DNA of 46,361 nt from the NCBI GenBank assembly GCA_947167395.1, contig CAMVHW010000001.1:1-46361 (forward strand), in the 5' to 3' direction. The notes under the pieces were generated by a model. The model was given only the letters and a program-made list of their open reading frames with translations. It was not told where the DNA came from and searched no databases. This stretch comes from an uncultured Bacteroidales bacterium (GTDB lineage Bacteria > Bacteroidota > Bacteroidia > Bacteroidales > Paludibacteraceae). This document shows positions 9,734-20,696 of the stretch, piece after piece; position 1 is the first letter of the stretch, and every line of letters begins with the position of its first letter. The translations under genes and the position numbers were made by a program.

Positions 9734-11581
9734 TTATAACGTTGCACGCAAAAGTAAATGTATGTCGGTTCTTGTAGGTTTTATCTTTTGTTGTTTAGCC
9801 CATCGGTCGGCATAGAGTGTTTCGGAAAATCGCAGATAGAGAGAAAGTTGCGGCAGGATTTGGTAGCGGAAGTTGAGGTAGGCTCTGCCTCCCAAGCCGT
9901 AGAGGGTTTGTGAGGTGAAGGCGTATAGGACATCGTTTTCGTAGATGTAGATGCGGTCGTTCCAATTGAGGGCTCTGAATCCTTGCAGGCGGAGTTGGAG
10001 AGAGAGGGGCAGGGAGGAGAAATGGTAGTGTATGTCTTGGGTTATACTATATGCAAAATTGACGGCGTACATAGCGTCTACCTCCGACAAAAGGTGCCAA
10101 TTTGCGTTATTCCACACGAAGCGATAGCGGAGGGAATGAGCATAGGAATCGCCTTTCTTTTTGGAGCGAATTTTGAGCGAGGTGTGCCACGTGTCGGAGG
10201 GGAGGTATGTCGTTTCGGCAGCGACATCATATCCCCACGAAGGAGCGTAGGGTATGCCGTATTTGATATGCTCAAAGCGAAAGAGGTCGCCATAGAGGCT
10301 GAATCGCCACGATTTGAGGCGTTTGATGTCAACACCTACGTATCCTCCGTTTTCGTCGTTTATTCGTGACGTTTCGGAGAAGGCATAGCCTTGTGTGTTG
10401 TCAAAGTGGGGCGAGTAGTAGCGATAGAGCAGCAGGAAGCCGATGTCTTGCCATGGGGAGAGTTGTGCGCCGATGATGGTGCCTATACCCCAGCGAGAGA
10501 GGTTTTGAGCCGTTGCCAATTCGCCAAAGAGTTGCGCCCAGCGATAATTATACTTGAAAGCCACGCCGGCAACGAACTGTCTGTTGCCTCGGAAATAGTT
10601 CCGATTATACTTGGCGTTCTCGTAGTAATAGGCAACGCTGTCGGAGTAAAGGTTCTCAATGGCAGTCAGTTGGAGAGTGAATTGTCGGTGTCTGTAAGTG
10701 AGGTTTGTGCCGAGGACGTGGTGGCGCAATGTGTCGTTGTCCTTATTGATACTATACCAAGCACTTATGTCAATGGGGTTGAACCGCAGCGTAGTCCCGA
10801 TGCCTTGCAAGCCTTGCGTGGTAAGCGAAGTGTATTGCTTGATACCTTCCGGGGCGGAAGCGGCATTAAGGACGTATGCGCCGTGTCCCAAGCGAAAGGG
10901 AGAGGCAGTGACAAGACCTTGCCCGAAGGAGGCTTGATAGTGCCCTGCCACGAGAGTGTGCAGATGATTGAAGTTATTAAGCCGGATATAACCTCCGTAG
11001 AGCAAGTCTTGCAGGGACGAGCCGGTGGAGCGTTGGAGGGTCAGACCTGCCATAACACGATTTTGGTAATTGAAACGATAACGGAACTTGGAATAAACAG
11101 GGTCGTGCTGTTTGTTGCGTAGCGGGTCTTCCAAGTATCTGCCGTCCACTCGCAGGGACAGGTCGTGCTTGGCATAACGAAAGACCTCACGCCAGTAAAG
11201 GTTGTCGTTCTTAACCTTATTAAGGCAAACGAAAGGCAGGAGGTTACGTATTTCGTAGTCTGCGAGGCTGTTAATCAGTTGTAGTTCATAGAGGCTATCC
11301 ATCGGATGCTCGTGTACGTACAAAAGGATGTCGTCTATTTGTTTGTCGCTGAGGAAGCGGAGCGCAGCCAACTGCTCGTGAGAAGTGTTATTGAGATTGA
11401 TGGGGTTTTGAGTATAGATAATCAGTTGCTCGTATAGGTCGTCATAATCGAGACTTTCCGTTTCGGAAAGAGTATGATAGATGTCGGTAATGATATCGTC
11501 CACTCTATATGCCGTTGGTTTGACGGCAAGCAAGACGGAGAAGGCTTGGAGTAAATATATGACAAGGGCGAAACGTTTCAT
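9734..11581 (-). CDS. Helix-hairpin-helix domain protein with a predicted C-terminal outer-membrane beta-barrel
   Basis: The supplied ORF 9734..11737 was trimmed to Met53 (ATG 11581-11579), which begins a signal peptide MKRFALVIYLLQAFSVLLA. An HhH-like segment is present (EQLAALRFLSDKQIDDILLY...). The C-terminal ~400 aa are rich in alternating aromatic residues (Y/F/W) and end ...LLLRATL, consistent with a beta-barrel. Confidence 0.7.
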   Translation of the reverse strand: MKRFALVIYLLQAFSVLLAVKPTAYRVDDIITDIYHTLSETESLDYDDLYEQLIIYTQNPINLNNTSHEQLAALRFLSDKQIDDILLYVHEHPMDSLYELQLINSLADYEIRNLLPFVCLNKVKNDNLYWREVFRYAKHDLSLRVDGRYLEDPLRNKQHDPVYSKFRYRFNYQNRVMAGLTLQRSTGSSLQDLLYGGYIRLNNFNHLHTLVAGHYQASFGQGLVTASPFRLGHGAYVLNAASAPEGIKQYTSLTTQGLQGIGTTLRFNPIDISAWYSINKDNDTLRHHVLGTNLTYRHRQFTLQLTAIENLYSDSVAYYYENAKYNRNYFRGNRQFVAGVAFKYNYRWAQLFGELATAQNLSRWGIGTIIGAQLSPWQDIGFLLLYRYYSPHFDNTQGYAFSETSRINDENGGYVGVDIKRLKSWRFSLYGDLFRFEHIKYGIPYAPSWGYDVAAETTYLPSDTWHTSLKIRSKKKGDSYAHSLRYRFVWNNANWHLLSEVDAMYAVNFAYSITQDIHYHFSSLPLSLQLRLQGFRALNWNDRIYIYENDVLYAFTSQTLYGLGGRAYLNFRYQILPQLSLYLRFSETLYADRWAKQQKIKPTRTDIHLLLRATL

Positions 11582-11588
11582 TACAAGG

Positions 11589-11596
11589 CAAAAGTA
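11589..11596 (-). promoter_or_regulatory. Candidate -7 box (TACTTTTG) only 8 nt upstream of the HhH-protein ATG
   Basis: caaaagta on +. The spacing implies a nearly leaderless mRNA. Confidence 0.35.
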
Positions 11597-11628
11597 CGGC
11601 AATACTTGCACACCCGCAACACTACCAC

Positions 11629-11636
11629 TACTTTTG
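11629..11636 (+). promoter_or_regulatory. Candidate -7 box (TACTTTTG) 5 nt upstream of the ATG at 11642
   Basis: tacttttg on +. It is divergent from the box at 11589-11596. Confidence 0.35.
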
Positions 11637-11641
11637 CCGCG

Positions 11642-12544
11642 ATGAAGGCTTATGGAAAGATAATGCGTGTCGTTCAATATGTGGTAATGGTTGCTGCGTA
11701 CGCCTACCTTGTTTACCAATTGGTTACGTTCGACCATTGGGCGCAGTTTCTATATCCATATCGACATCTTTCGATAGGGCGTTTATGCAGTTTGGGAGGT
11801 TGCGTACTGCTGATGGCTGTTAATCTGTATTTAGAGGCACTCAAATGGCGCGAACTTCTGAAAAAAGAGATGCTCATCTCGCCTATAAGGGCATTGAAGA
11901 GTGTGTTCAGCGGTTTGTTAGGCGGTTTCATAACTCCATATCGCGTAGGCGAAATACCGGCAAGACTCACTCTACTCCCCTCCAGCGTGTCGCCAACTCG
12001 TGCAATGGGTTTAGGCATTTTTGGCGGTGTGATTCAGGATTTGGTTATAGGAGTTATAGGTATTGTGCCTACCTTGTTTTTTTTAGAACGCAACGAATGG
12101 CATAGCCTTGTTTGGGCTTGTATAGCAGGTGTTTTGCTGATTGGGGTTATAGGTATATTGAATTACACGAAGCAGGCACGTTGGACTGCTTTTCGTCCTC
12201 AAAACAGCAAGAATGTCATTCTTTTAAGTACGGCAAGATATGTATGTTGGCTCTTGCAATTCTATTTAATAATGTCATTTACCGGCATTTCCATTCCTCT
12301 AAATGATGTGTTGATTGCTTTGCCAACCTATTATGTGCTTGTTACCGTTACCCCCAACCTTCCTGCAGCGGACTTGGGGATACGAGGCGGTTGGGCTGTG
12401 TTTGTATTAGGAAGAATGGGAATAGACCCTGCCTTATCTTTTACCGTTGCCTTGTGGATGTGGGTGATTAACACTATTTTACCTATGTTTATTTATCCGT
12501 TCATAAAAACTTTGACTTGGCAATTTGATAAAAATAAACCATAA
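11642..12544 (+). CDS. Polytopic membrane protein, flippase-like / lysylphosphatidylglycerol-synthase TM-region (UPF0104-like) family
   Basis: The supplied ORF 11606..12544 was trimmed to ATG 11642, because the upstream part overlaps the divergent gene and its promoter. It has about 8 TM helices. The family call rests on the overall pattern (...LEALKWRELL...) and is tentative. Confidence 0.5.
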   Translation: MKAYGKIMRVVQYVVMVAAYAYLVYQLVTFDHWAQFLYPYRHLSIGRLCSLGGCVLLMAVNLYLEALKWRELLKKEMLISPIRALKSVFSGLLGGFITPYRVGEIPARLTLLPSSVSPTRAMGLGIFGGVIQDLVIGVIGIVPTLFFLERNEWHSLVWACIAGVLLIGVIGILNYTKQARWTAFRPQNSKNVILLSTARYVCWLLQFYLIMSFTGISIPLNDVLIALPTYYVLVTVTPNLPAADLGIRGGWAVFVLGRMGIDPALSFTVALWMWVINTILPMFIYPFIKTLTWQFDKNKP

Positions 12545-12602
12545 TATATTGCCATTTTAACACTTTTTTATACTATTATTTCCACAAATGTAATCTTTGC
12601 TC

Positions 12603-12610
12603 TATTTTTG
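12603..12610 (+). promoter_or_regulatory. Candidate -7 box (TATTTTTG) for the mdh-spt-SDR operon
   Basis: It matches TAnnTTTG and lies 53 nt upstream of the mdh ATG. Confidence 0.45.
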
Positions 12611-12662
12611 CGGCTTGCAAAAGAGATTTAAGTTAAATCATTAAGTTAAAAATCTATATTTT

Positions 12663-13604
12663 ATGTCAAAAGTAACTGTAGTAGGCGCAGGTAACGTAGG
12701 TGCTACTTGTGCGAATGTGTTGGCAGTGAATGAAGTAGCCAACGAAGTATGTTTGATTGATATCAAAGAAGGTCTTGCCGAAGGTAAGGCGATGGACATT
12801 ATGCAGACTGCTCAACTGATGGGTTTTGATACCGTAGTTGAAGGCGTAACCAATGATTATAGCCGTACTGCCAATTCAGATGTTGTAATCATTACCAGCG
12901 GTCTTCCCCGCAAACCAGGTATGACTCGTGAAGAGTTGATCGGTGTTAATGCCGGCATCGTAAAAAGCGTGGCAACACAGGTTCTGACTTATTCCCCCAA
13001 TGCTATTCTTATCGTTGTAAGTAATCCTATGGACACTATGGCTTACCTTACCTTGCACGCACTTGGTTTGCCCAGAAATCGTGTGATTGGTATGGGTGGT
13101 GCATTGGATAGTGCTCGTTTGCGTTATTATCTGAGTCAAGCACTCAAATGCAATGCCAACGATGTAGAAGGCTTTGTTATCGGTGGTCACGGTGACACAA
13201 CAATGATTCCTCTTCGCTCATTTATGACCTACAATGGCGTTCACGTATCTAAATTCCTTTCAGAAGAAGAGATTAACGATGTAGTGGCAAAGACAATGGT
13301 AGGTGGTGCCACCCTCACCGGTCTGCTTGGTACCAGCGCATGGATGGCTCCAGGGGCTGCTGCTGCCAGCGTGGCTGAAAGCATCTTGAAAGACCAGAAA
13401 AAGATGATTCCTTGCTCTGCATCACTCGAAGGAGAATACGGAATGAAGGACATCACCATCGGCGTTCCTTGTATTATCGGTAAAAACGGTATTGAGCGCA
13501 TCCTCGAATTGCAAATCTCCAAAGAAGAGATGGAGCAACTCCGTAATAGCGAAGCAGCAGTTCGCAAAACAACTGCTATCCTCCACGAAATCAAAGCCCT
13601 TTAA
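12663..13604 (+). CDS. mdh: Malate dehydrogenase (LDH-like type)
   Basis: 313 aa. MSKVTVVGAGNVGATCANVLA...SGLPRKPGMTREELIGVNAGIV...IGGHGDTMIP-type motifs are present. Confidence 0.95.
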   Translation: MSKVTVVGAGNVGATCANVLAVNEVANEVCLIDIKEGLAEGKAMDIMQTAQLMGFDTVVEGVTNDYSRTANSDVVIITSGLPRKPGMTREELIGVNAGIVKSVATQVLTYSPNAILIVVSNPMDTMAYLTLHALGLPRNRVIGMGGALDSARLRYYLSQALKCNANDVEGFVIGGHGDTTMIPLRSFMTYNGVHVSKFLSEEEINDVVAKTMVGGATLTGLLGTSAWMAPGAAAASVAESILKDQKKMIPCSASLEGEYGMKDITIGVPCIIGKNGIERILELQISKEEMEQLRNSEAAVRKTTAILHEIKAL

Positions 13605-13609
13605 GTAAA

Positions 13610-14791
13610 ATGGACCTGTTCAACAAATGTCACTTTGAACTCTTGGAAAAGGTTCGAGCCAAAAACATTTACCCATATTTTCACTGCTTGGAGTCGCGTC
13701 AGGCTCCGGTAGTGGAAATGGAGGGAAAAAAGCGCATAATGTTAGGAAGCAACAATTACCTCGGGTTGACAGAAGATGAACAGGTGATTGCTGCCGGTAT
13801 AGCAGCAATGGAAAAATACGGCACCGGTGTTAGTGGTAGCCGTTTCTTAAACGGGACGTTGGACTTGCACGTTCAGTTGGAGAAAGAACTTGCGCAGTTT
13901 ACAGGCTATGAGGCTGCAATGACCTGCTCAACGGGCTTTCAGACCAACTTGGCAATCATCTCCACCCTCTGCGGCAAAGACGATTACATACTTAACGACA
14001 GAGAAAATCACGCGTCCATATATGATGGCACTCGCCTTAGTTATGCCACTTCGCTACGTTATAAACACTCTGATATGGCTGACTTGGAGAAGAAACTGCA
14101 ATCTATACCTGAATCGGCCGGCAAACTCATCATTACCGACGGCGTATTCTCTATGCGCGGAGATATATGCCGTCTGCCGGAGATATGCGAATTGGCAGAG
14201 AAATATGGTGCACGAGTTATGGTGGATGATGCTCACGGTTTCGGCGTTTTAGGCGAAGGCGGAAGGGGCACAGCCAATCATTTCGGACTTACCGATAAGG
14301 TTGACATAACAATGCTGACCTTCTCCAAATCGCTTGCCAGCATAGGCGGCTGTATGCTAACGAGCAACAGGGTGGCTGAATATGTACGTCATACCAGTCG
14401 CCCGTTTATCTTCTCTGCGAGCCTGACACCTGCTTCCACTGCCACCGCTTTGGAGGCTCTACACCGATTGCAAGAAGACAATACACGTCCGCAACGCCTT
14501 ATGCAACTGACTCACTATTTCCAACAGTCATTATTGACTGCCGGAGTGAAGATAATAGAGGCTCCAACGCCCATCGTTCCTATATTCACCTACGACACAC
14601 TTGCCACGCTCTATTACGGCAAACGGCTGTTTGATGAAGGTGTATATGTCAATCCCGTTATTGCTCCTGCTTGTGTGGAAGGCGAGTGTTTGCTTCGTAC
14701 AACACTTATGGCTACACATACAGAGGCTATACTGGATGAAGCAACCGATATTATCGCCCGCGTACTCAAACAAGGCGCACCAACCTTATAA
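13610..14791 (+). CDS. spt: PLP-dependent alpha-oxoamine synthase, serine-palmitoyltransferase-like
   Basis: 393 aa. Motifs GSRFLNGT, HASIYDG, DDAHGFG and the PLP-lysine context TFSKSLASIGG place it in the AONS/KBL/SPT family. Within Bacteroidota this type is the sphingolipid SPT. Confidence 0.75.
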   Translation: MDLFNKCHFELLEKVRAKNIYPYFHCLESRQAPVVEMEGKKRIMLGSNNYLGLTEDEQVIAAGIAAMEKYGTGVSGSRFLNGTLDLHVQLEKELAQFTGYEAAMTCSTGFQTNLAIISTLCGKDDYILNDRENHASIYDGTRLSYATSLRYKHSDMADLEKKLQSIPESAGKLIITDGVFSMRGDICRLPEICELAEKYGARVMVDDAHGFGVLGEGGRGTANHFGLTDKVDITMLTFSKSLASIGGCMLTSNRVAEYVRHTSRPFIFSASLTPASTATALEALHRLQEDNTRPQRLMQLTHYFQQSLLTAGVKIIEAPTPIVPIFTYDTLATLYYGKRLFDEGVYVNPVIAPACVEGECLLRTTLMATHTEAILDEATDIIARVLKQGAPTL

Positions 14792-14805
14792 ATACGCAAT
14801 ATATT

Positions 14806-15588
14806 ATGCCTACACTGGTCATTACAGGCGGTTCGGGCGGCATAGGTAAAGCAACGGCTCAACTCTTTGCCGCCGAACACTGGCAAGTGTTTGAACTTAG
14901 CCGACACGGCGAAAACAAAGCGGGTATAACGCATATATATTGCGATGTTACCAAGCGTGAATCGGTGGAACAAGCAATAAAAGAAGTTATGCAACAGACT
15001 GACCATATAGATGTTGCAGTCAGCAATGCCGGTATGGGCATAAGCGGTCCCCTTGAATTTGCCACCGAAGAAGACATCCGTAAGCAGATGGACGTGAACT
15101 TCTTCGGTGCGATTTTTTTTCTTCAATCCGTTCTTCCTGTTCTGCGCCGTCAAAACAGCGGCACAATCGTTATAACGAGCAGTGTGGCTGCAACTCTCAG
15201 CGTGCCTTATCAAAGTGTTTATAGTGCCAGTAAGGCCGCTCTCAATGCCATTGTCTTGGCTCTCAGAAATGAGGTTAGCGACTTTAATATCCGAGTTTCC
15301 TGTCTTATGCCCGGAGATGTGGCGACAGGCTTTACTCATGCGCGTAATAAATCGGAAAAAGGATACGAGGTATATTTGCACGCGCAGAAAGCCATTGCAG
15401 CAATGGAAAAAGACGAACAGAACGGATTAAAACCAACCGAGATGGCGCAAATAATTTGGTCTATTGCCAATAAAAAATCACCTGCACCTTTCTATGTAGG
15501 AGGATTATTATATAAAATTTTTCTTTTTTTAGATGCCATCTTACCCAAGCGACTTGTCAATTGGATAGAAGGCAAAATGTATAGTTAG
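14806..15588 (+). CDS. Short-chain dehydrogenase/reductase (SDR) family oxidoreductase
   Basis: 260 aa. It has the TGGSGGIGKA cofactor motif, NAG, and the catalytic YSASKAA (YxxxK). Confidence 0.85.
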   Translation: MPTLVITGGSGGIGKATAQLFAAEHWQVFELSRHGENKAGITHIYCDVTKRESVEQAIKEVMQQTDHIDVAVSNAGMGISGPLEFATEEDIRKQMDVNFFGAIFFLQSVLPVLRRQNSGTIVITSSVAATLSVPYQSVYSASKAALNAIVLALRNEVSDFNIRVSCLMPGDVATGFTHARNKSEKGYEVYLHAQKAIAAMEKDEQNGLKPTEMAQIIWSIANKKSPAPFYVGGLLYKIFLFLDAILPKRLVNWIEGKMYS

Positions 15589-15626
15589 CACTATCCTTCT
15601 GACTATCAGCAAAACAAGACAATAAT

Positions 15627-15663
15627 AAACCCGCGTCTATTGATTAACAACAGACGCGGGTTT
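15627..15663. terminator. Bidirectional intrinsic terminator between the SDR gene (+) and gap (-)
   Basis: aaacccgcgtct-(13 nt)-agacgcgggttt. It has a 9-bp GC-rich stem flanked by an A-run and a T-run. Confidence 0.7.
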
Positions 15664-15687
15664 ATTATATCCGAAAACTTACACGGA

Positions 15688-16842
<1,155 letters not shown>

Positions 16843-16866
16843 TTATTGTTTGTTAGTAATCAGCCG

Positions 16867-16874
16867 CAAAAATA
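16867..16874 (-). promoter_or_regulatory. Candidate -7 box (TATTTTTG) for gap
   Basis: caaaaata on + lies 52 nt upstream of the gap ATG. Confidence 0.45.
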
Positions 16875-16931
16875 AGACAATTATTATGTTTGCTGCAAAT
16901 TAACTATTATTTTGCTAACTTAATATGTCAT

Positions 16932-17930
16932 TTATGCCTTGTCGTTAGAACCAAGTACATTGATGATCTTATGTTTGTACAGTTCTGTCATCAAGTCGCG
17001 AGCGGGACCGCAGTACTTACGAGGATCGAACTCACCCGGTTTTTCTGCAAAGACCTTACGTACTGCAGCGGTGAAGGCAAGACGACTATCGCTGTCTATA
17101 TTGATCTTACATACAGCCGACTTGGAAGCCTTACGTAGTTGCTCCTCGGGAATTCCTACTGCATCGGGCAATTTACCGCCGTACATATTGATCATATCAA
17201 CATATTCTTGCGGAACTGATGATGAGCCGTGAAGCACAATGGGGAAGCCGGGTAGTTGTTCCATAATAGCATCCAATACATCAAATGCCAGTGGAGGAGG
17301 CACCAGACGACCTGTCTTGGGGTCACGTGTGCATTGTTCGGGTTTGAATTTATAAGCACCATGGCTCGTTCCGATAGAAATAGCGAGCGAGTCGCAACCG
17401 GTACGTTTGGAGAAGTCTATAACCTCTTCGGGACGTGTGTAGTGGCTTTCTTCGGCTTGCACCTCGTCTTCAACACCTGCCAAAACGCCTAATTCAGCCT
17501 CAACGCTAACATCATACTGATGAGCATAGTCGGCAACCTTCTTTGACAAGGCTATATTCTCCTCATAAGGCAGAGCCGAACCGTCAATCATAACGCTGGA
17601 AAAACCGAAATCAACACACGATTTGCACAATTCAAAACTATCACCGTGGTCCAAATGCAAACAAATCTGAGGGTTCTCCCAACCTAACTCTTTTGCATAC
17701 TCAACAGCACCTTGAGCCATATAACGCAAAAGGGTTTGATTAGCATAGTTTCGTGCACCTTTACTTACCTGCAAAATAACAGGTGAATGAGTTTCAGCCG
17801 CAGCCTTTACAATTGCTTGGAGTTGCTCCATGTTATTGAAATTGAAGGCAGGAATAGCATATCCGCCTTTGATTGCCTTGGCAAACATATCTCTGGTATT
17901 AACCAGACCAAGTTCTTTGTAACTTACCAT
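16932..17930 (-). CDS. fba: Class II fructose-1,6-bisphosphate aldolase
   Basis: 332 aa. ...GGYAIPAFNFNNMEQLQAIVKAAAETHSPVILQVSKGAR...LHLDHG...GTSHGAYKF are class II FBA motifs. Confidence 0.95.
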   Translation of the reverse strand: MVSYKELGLVNTRDMFAKAIKGGYAIPAFNFNNMEQLQAIVKAAAETHSPVILQVSKGARNYANQTLLRYMAQGAVEYAKELGWENPQICLHLDHGDSFELCKSCVDFGFSSVMIDGSALPYEENIALSKKVADYAHQYDVSVEAELGVLAGVEDEVQAEESHYTRPEEVIDFSKRTGCDSLAISIGTSHGAYKFKPEQCTRDPKTGRLVPPPLAFDVLDAIMEQLPGFPIVLHGSSSVPQEYVDMINMYGGKLPDAVGIPEEQLRKASKSAVCKINIDSDSRLAFTAAVRKVFAEKPGEFDPRKYCGPARDLMTELYKHKIINVLGSNDKA

Positions 17931-17952
17931 AATTGTATTATTTATTTTGTTG

Positions 17953-19899
17953 TTATTTTATTCGTTTGCTTGCTACTACAAAATATGTTATCAACAAGCA
18001 ATACATTATTATTCCAAGAATCTTTGCATAAGGTGAATCAGCCCAGTAGGCAAGATACCAATCGGCTCCGCAGAACTTAATGATAGCACTTATCACACCC
18101 ATCAAAGCACCACCGGCTATGAAACCGCTGGCTATAAGCGTACCTTTTTCATTTCGTTTTTGTGCCAACTCTTCTGCCCTCTCTCCTTCATTTTCTTTCT
18201 TACGACTTACGAAATACGATACCGTACCACCTATCAAAAGAGGCATATTAAGGTGCAACGGAATAAACATTCCTAATGCAAAAGGCAAAACCGGCACATT
18301 GACAAAATTAAGAATCAAAGCCAACACGGCACCCGCAAAATACAACATCCACGGAGCACCTTGACCCGACATCAAAGGCTCAATTACCGCAGCCATAGCG
18401 TTGGCTTGCGGTGCCACCAAAGCGTTTTCGCCTACAAAACCATAGGTCTTATTCAGTATCATCATCACTCCGCCTACGGTAGCCGCACTGACCAAAGTGC
18501 CGAGAAACTTCCAAGTTTCCTGTTTTTGAGGAGTGGTACCTATCCAATAACCTATCTTCAAATCTGTAATAAATCCGCCTGCCATAGACAACGCAGTACA
18601 TACCACACCGCCAATAATCATAGCAGCCACCATACCGCTTGAGCCTTTCATTCCAACTGCTACAAACACAACAGAAGCAATAATGAGCGTCATCAAAGTC
18701 ATTCCGCTGACAGGATTACTGCCCACAATAGCAATAGCATTGGCTGCCACAGTGGTAAACAAAAAGGCAATAACAGTAACCACCACCCAAGCCACTAACG
18801 CTTGAACAAAATTATGAAGAACGCCCAACCAGAAGAAAAGCAACACAATAATAAGAGCAGCCACAACGGCTATCGCCAAGAACTTCATACTTATATCTCT
18901 CTCCGTGCGAAGTACTCCTTTGGCAACTGCCTTGCCTTTACTGCCAAACTCTTTCTTTACCAAACCAAACGCACCGCCGATGACTCCTCTGTTCTTTATA
19001 ATACCTATCAAACCCGCCATCGCAATGGCACCGATACCGATGTTTCTGCCATATTGAGTATAAAGCAATTGCGGGTCTAAATCACCTAATCCGGTCGCTC
19101 CCAAAAGAGGAAGTATAACCCACCAAGTAAACAACGAACCGCAACATATAATGGCTGCATATTTAAGACCGATAATATAACCTAATCCCAAAACTGCGGC
19201 ACTCGTATTAACTGACATCACTGTCTTGTATTTCAGTGCCAACTGCTCACCCCAAACAGTCATACGCGTTGACAAACTCTCGGTCCAGAAGCCAAAGGTG
19301 GAAACAACAAAATCGTATAATCCGCCTACCAACGCTGCACCTATAAGAGGTTTGGCTTGACTGCCACCCTGCTCTCCGGATACAAGCACCTGGGTAGTGG
19401 CTGTCGCTTCAGGGAATGGGTACTCTCCGTGTTTCTCTTGAACAAAGAATTTCCTAAACGGAATCAAAAACAATATGCCCAAACAACCGCCTAACAAAGA
19501 CGACATAAAGACTTGCATAAAATTGACGGTTATATCGGGATATTTGGCTTGAAGAATATACAGAGCAGGCAAGGTAAAAATAGCACCTGCCACTACCACA
19601 CCTGATGCTGAACCGATAGACTGAATAATCACATTCTCACCAAGAGCGTTCTTACGACGCATAGCAGACGAAAGTCCGACGGCTATAATGGCAATAGGGA
19701 TGGCTGCTTCAAACACTTGTCCCACTTTCAGACCAAGATATGCCGCAGCGGCAGAAAAAATAACAGCCATCAATACTCCCATACTGACACTATAAGGAGT
19801 TACTTCGGCAAACTTATCTTCACTCTTGAGTATAGGCTCATACTTCTCGCCGGGTTTCAAAGGACGACCGGCATTTTCGGGGAGTTGAAAATTGTCCAT
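17953..19899 (-). CDS. OPT-family oligopeptide transporter
   Basis: 648 aa and polytopic. The N-terminus ...EVTPYSVSMGVLMAVIFSAAAAYLGLKVGQVFEAAIP... is typical of bacterial OPT transporters. Confidence 0.9.
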   Translation of the reverse strand: MDNFQLPENAGRPLKPGEKYEPILKSEDKFAEVTPYSVSMGVLMAVIFSAAAAYLGLKVGQVFEAAIPIAIIAVGLSSAMRRKNALGENVIIQSIGSASGVVVAGAIFTLPALYILQAKYPDITVNFMQVFMSSLLGGCLGILFLIPFRKFFVQEKHGEYPFPEATATTQVLVSGEQGGSQAKPLIGAALVGGLYDFVVSTFGFWTESLSTRMTVWGEQLALKYKTVMSVNTSAAVLGLGYIIGLKYAAIICCGSLFTWWVILPLLGATGLGDLDPQLLYTQYGRNIGIGAIAMAGLIGIIKNRGVIGGAFGLVKKEFGSKGKAVAKGVLRTERDISMKFLAIAVVAALIIVLLFFWLGVLHNFVQALVAWVVVTVIAFLFTTVAANAIAIVGSNPVSGMTLMTLIIASVVFVAVGMKGSSGMVAAMIIGGVVCTALSMAGGFITDLKIGYWIGTTPQKQETWKFLGTLVSAATVGGVMMILNKTYGFVGENALVAPQANAMAAVIEPLMSGQGAPWMLYFAGAVLALILNFVNVPVLPFALGMFIPLHLNMPLLIGGTVSYFVSRKKENEGERAEELAQKRNEKGTLIASGFIAGGALMGVISAIIKFCGADWYLAYWADSPYAKILGIIMYCLLITYFVVASKRIK

Positions 19900-19912
19900 A
19901 TTAACGTTGATT

Positions 19913-20689
19913 TTAATCCTTTATTGCAGGTTTATTGGATTGACTATATGTTCGATTATAAGAACGATATGTGTCTTTTTCTATTTCTATATCAGGTTCT
20001 TGCCAATCTGTTTTTGATGGTAAAAGCCAGCGAAGATATTTGATTGTAAAGCCTCTGTCTAACCATTGACGTTCATAATAGGTTTGCAATCCCCCGGCAT
20101 CAAGCCATTCCTCATCCCCTTTGGCATATAAGTCATCAGTATCTGCCGTAAACGTCAAATGATTCGTTTCAAGCATCGCTTTGGTATATGTATAAAGGAA
20201 AGGGCTATCGGTTTTAAGATTGATTACACCTTGATTTCGCATAACCTTCATATACCGCTGCATAAAATAAGTAGAAGTAAGTCGCTTGGTCGCTTTCTTC
20301 ATCTGCGGGTCTGGGAAAGTAATCCATATTTCATCGATTTCATCAGTAGAAAAGAAATTAGGCAGCAACTCAATCTGAGTACGTAAGAAGGCCACATTAT
20401 TCAACCCGGTTTGCAATGCCTCTTTGGCTCCAACCCACATACGCGAACCTTTTATGTCTATTCCGATATAGTTTCTACTCGGATTACGTTGTGCCAAACC
20501 AACAGTATATTCGCCGTGACCACAACCCAATTCAAGCGTTATAGGATTATCATTATGGAAATATAGTTCGTTCCAATGTCCTGCCATCTTCGTAATGTCG
20601 CTACCTGATTGAACATCACGAAAACCGCACTGAAAGACATTGGAGAAATCTTTCATTTCATCGAACTTTTTCTGTTTATTCTTACCCAT
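19913..20689 (-). CDS. trmB: tRNA (guanine46-N7)-methyltransferase
   Basis: 258 aa. It has the SAM motif LELGCGHGEYTVGLA and ...IWITFPDPQMKK... typical of TrmB. Confidence 0.9.
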   Translation of the reverse strand: MGKNKQKKFDEMKDFSNVFQCGFRDVQSGSDITKMAGHWNELYFHNDNPITLELGCGHGEYTVGLAQRNPSRNYIGIDIKGSRMWVGAKEALQTGLNNVAFLRTQIELLPNFFSTDEIDEIWITFPDPQMKKATKRLTSTYFMQRYMKVMRNQGVINLKTDSPFLYTYTKAMLETNHLTFTADTDDLYAKGDEEWLDAGGLQTYYERQWLDRGFTIKYLRWLLPSKTDWQEPDIEIEKDTYRSYNRTYSQSNKPAIKD

Positions 20690-20696
20690 ATATAAA

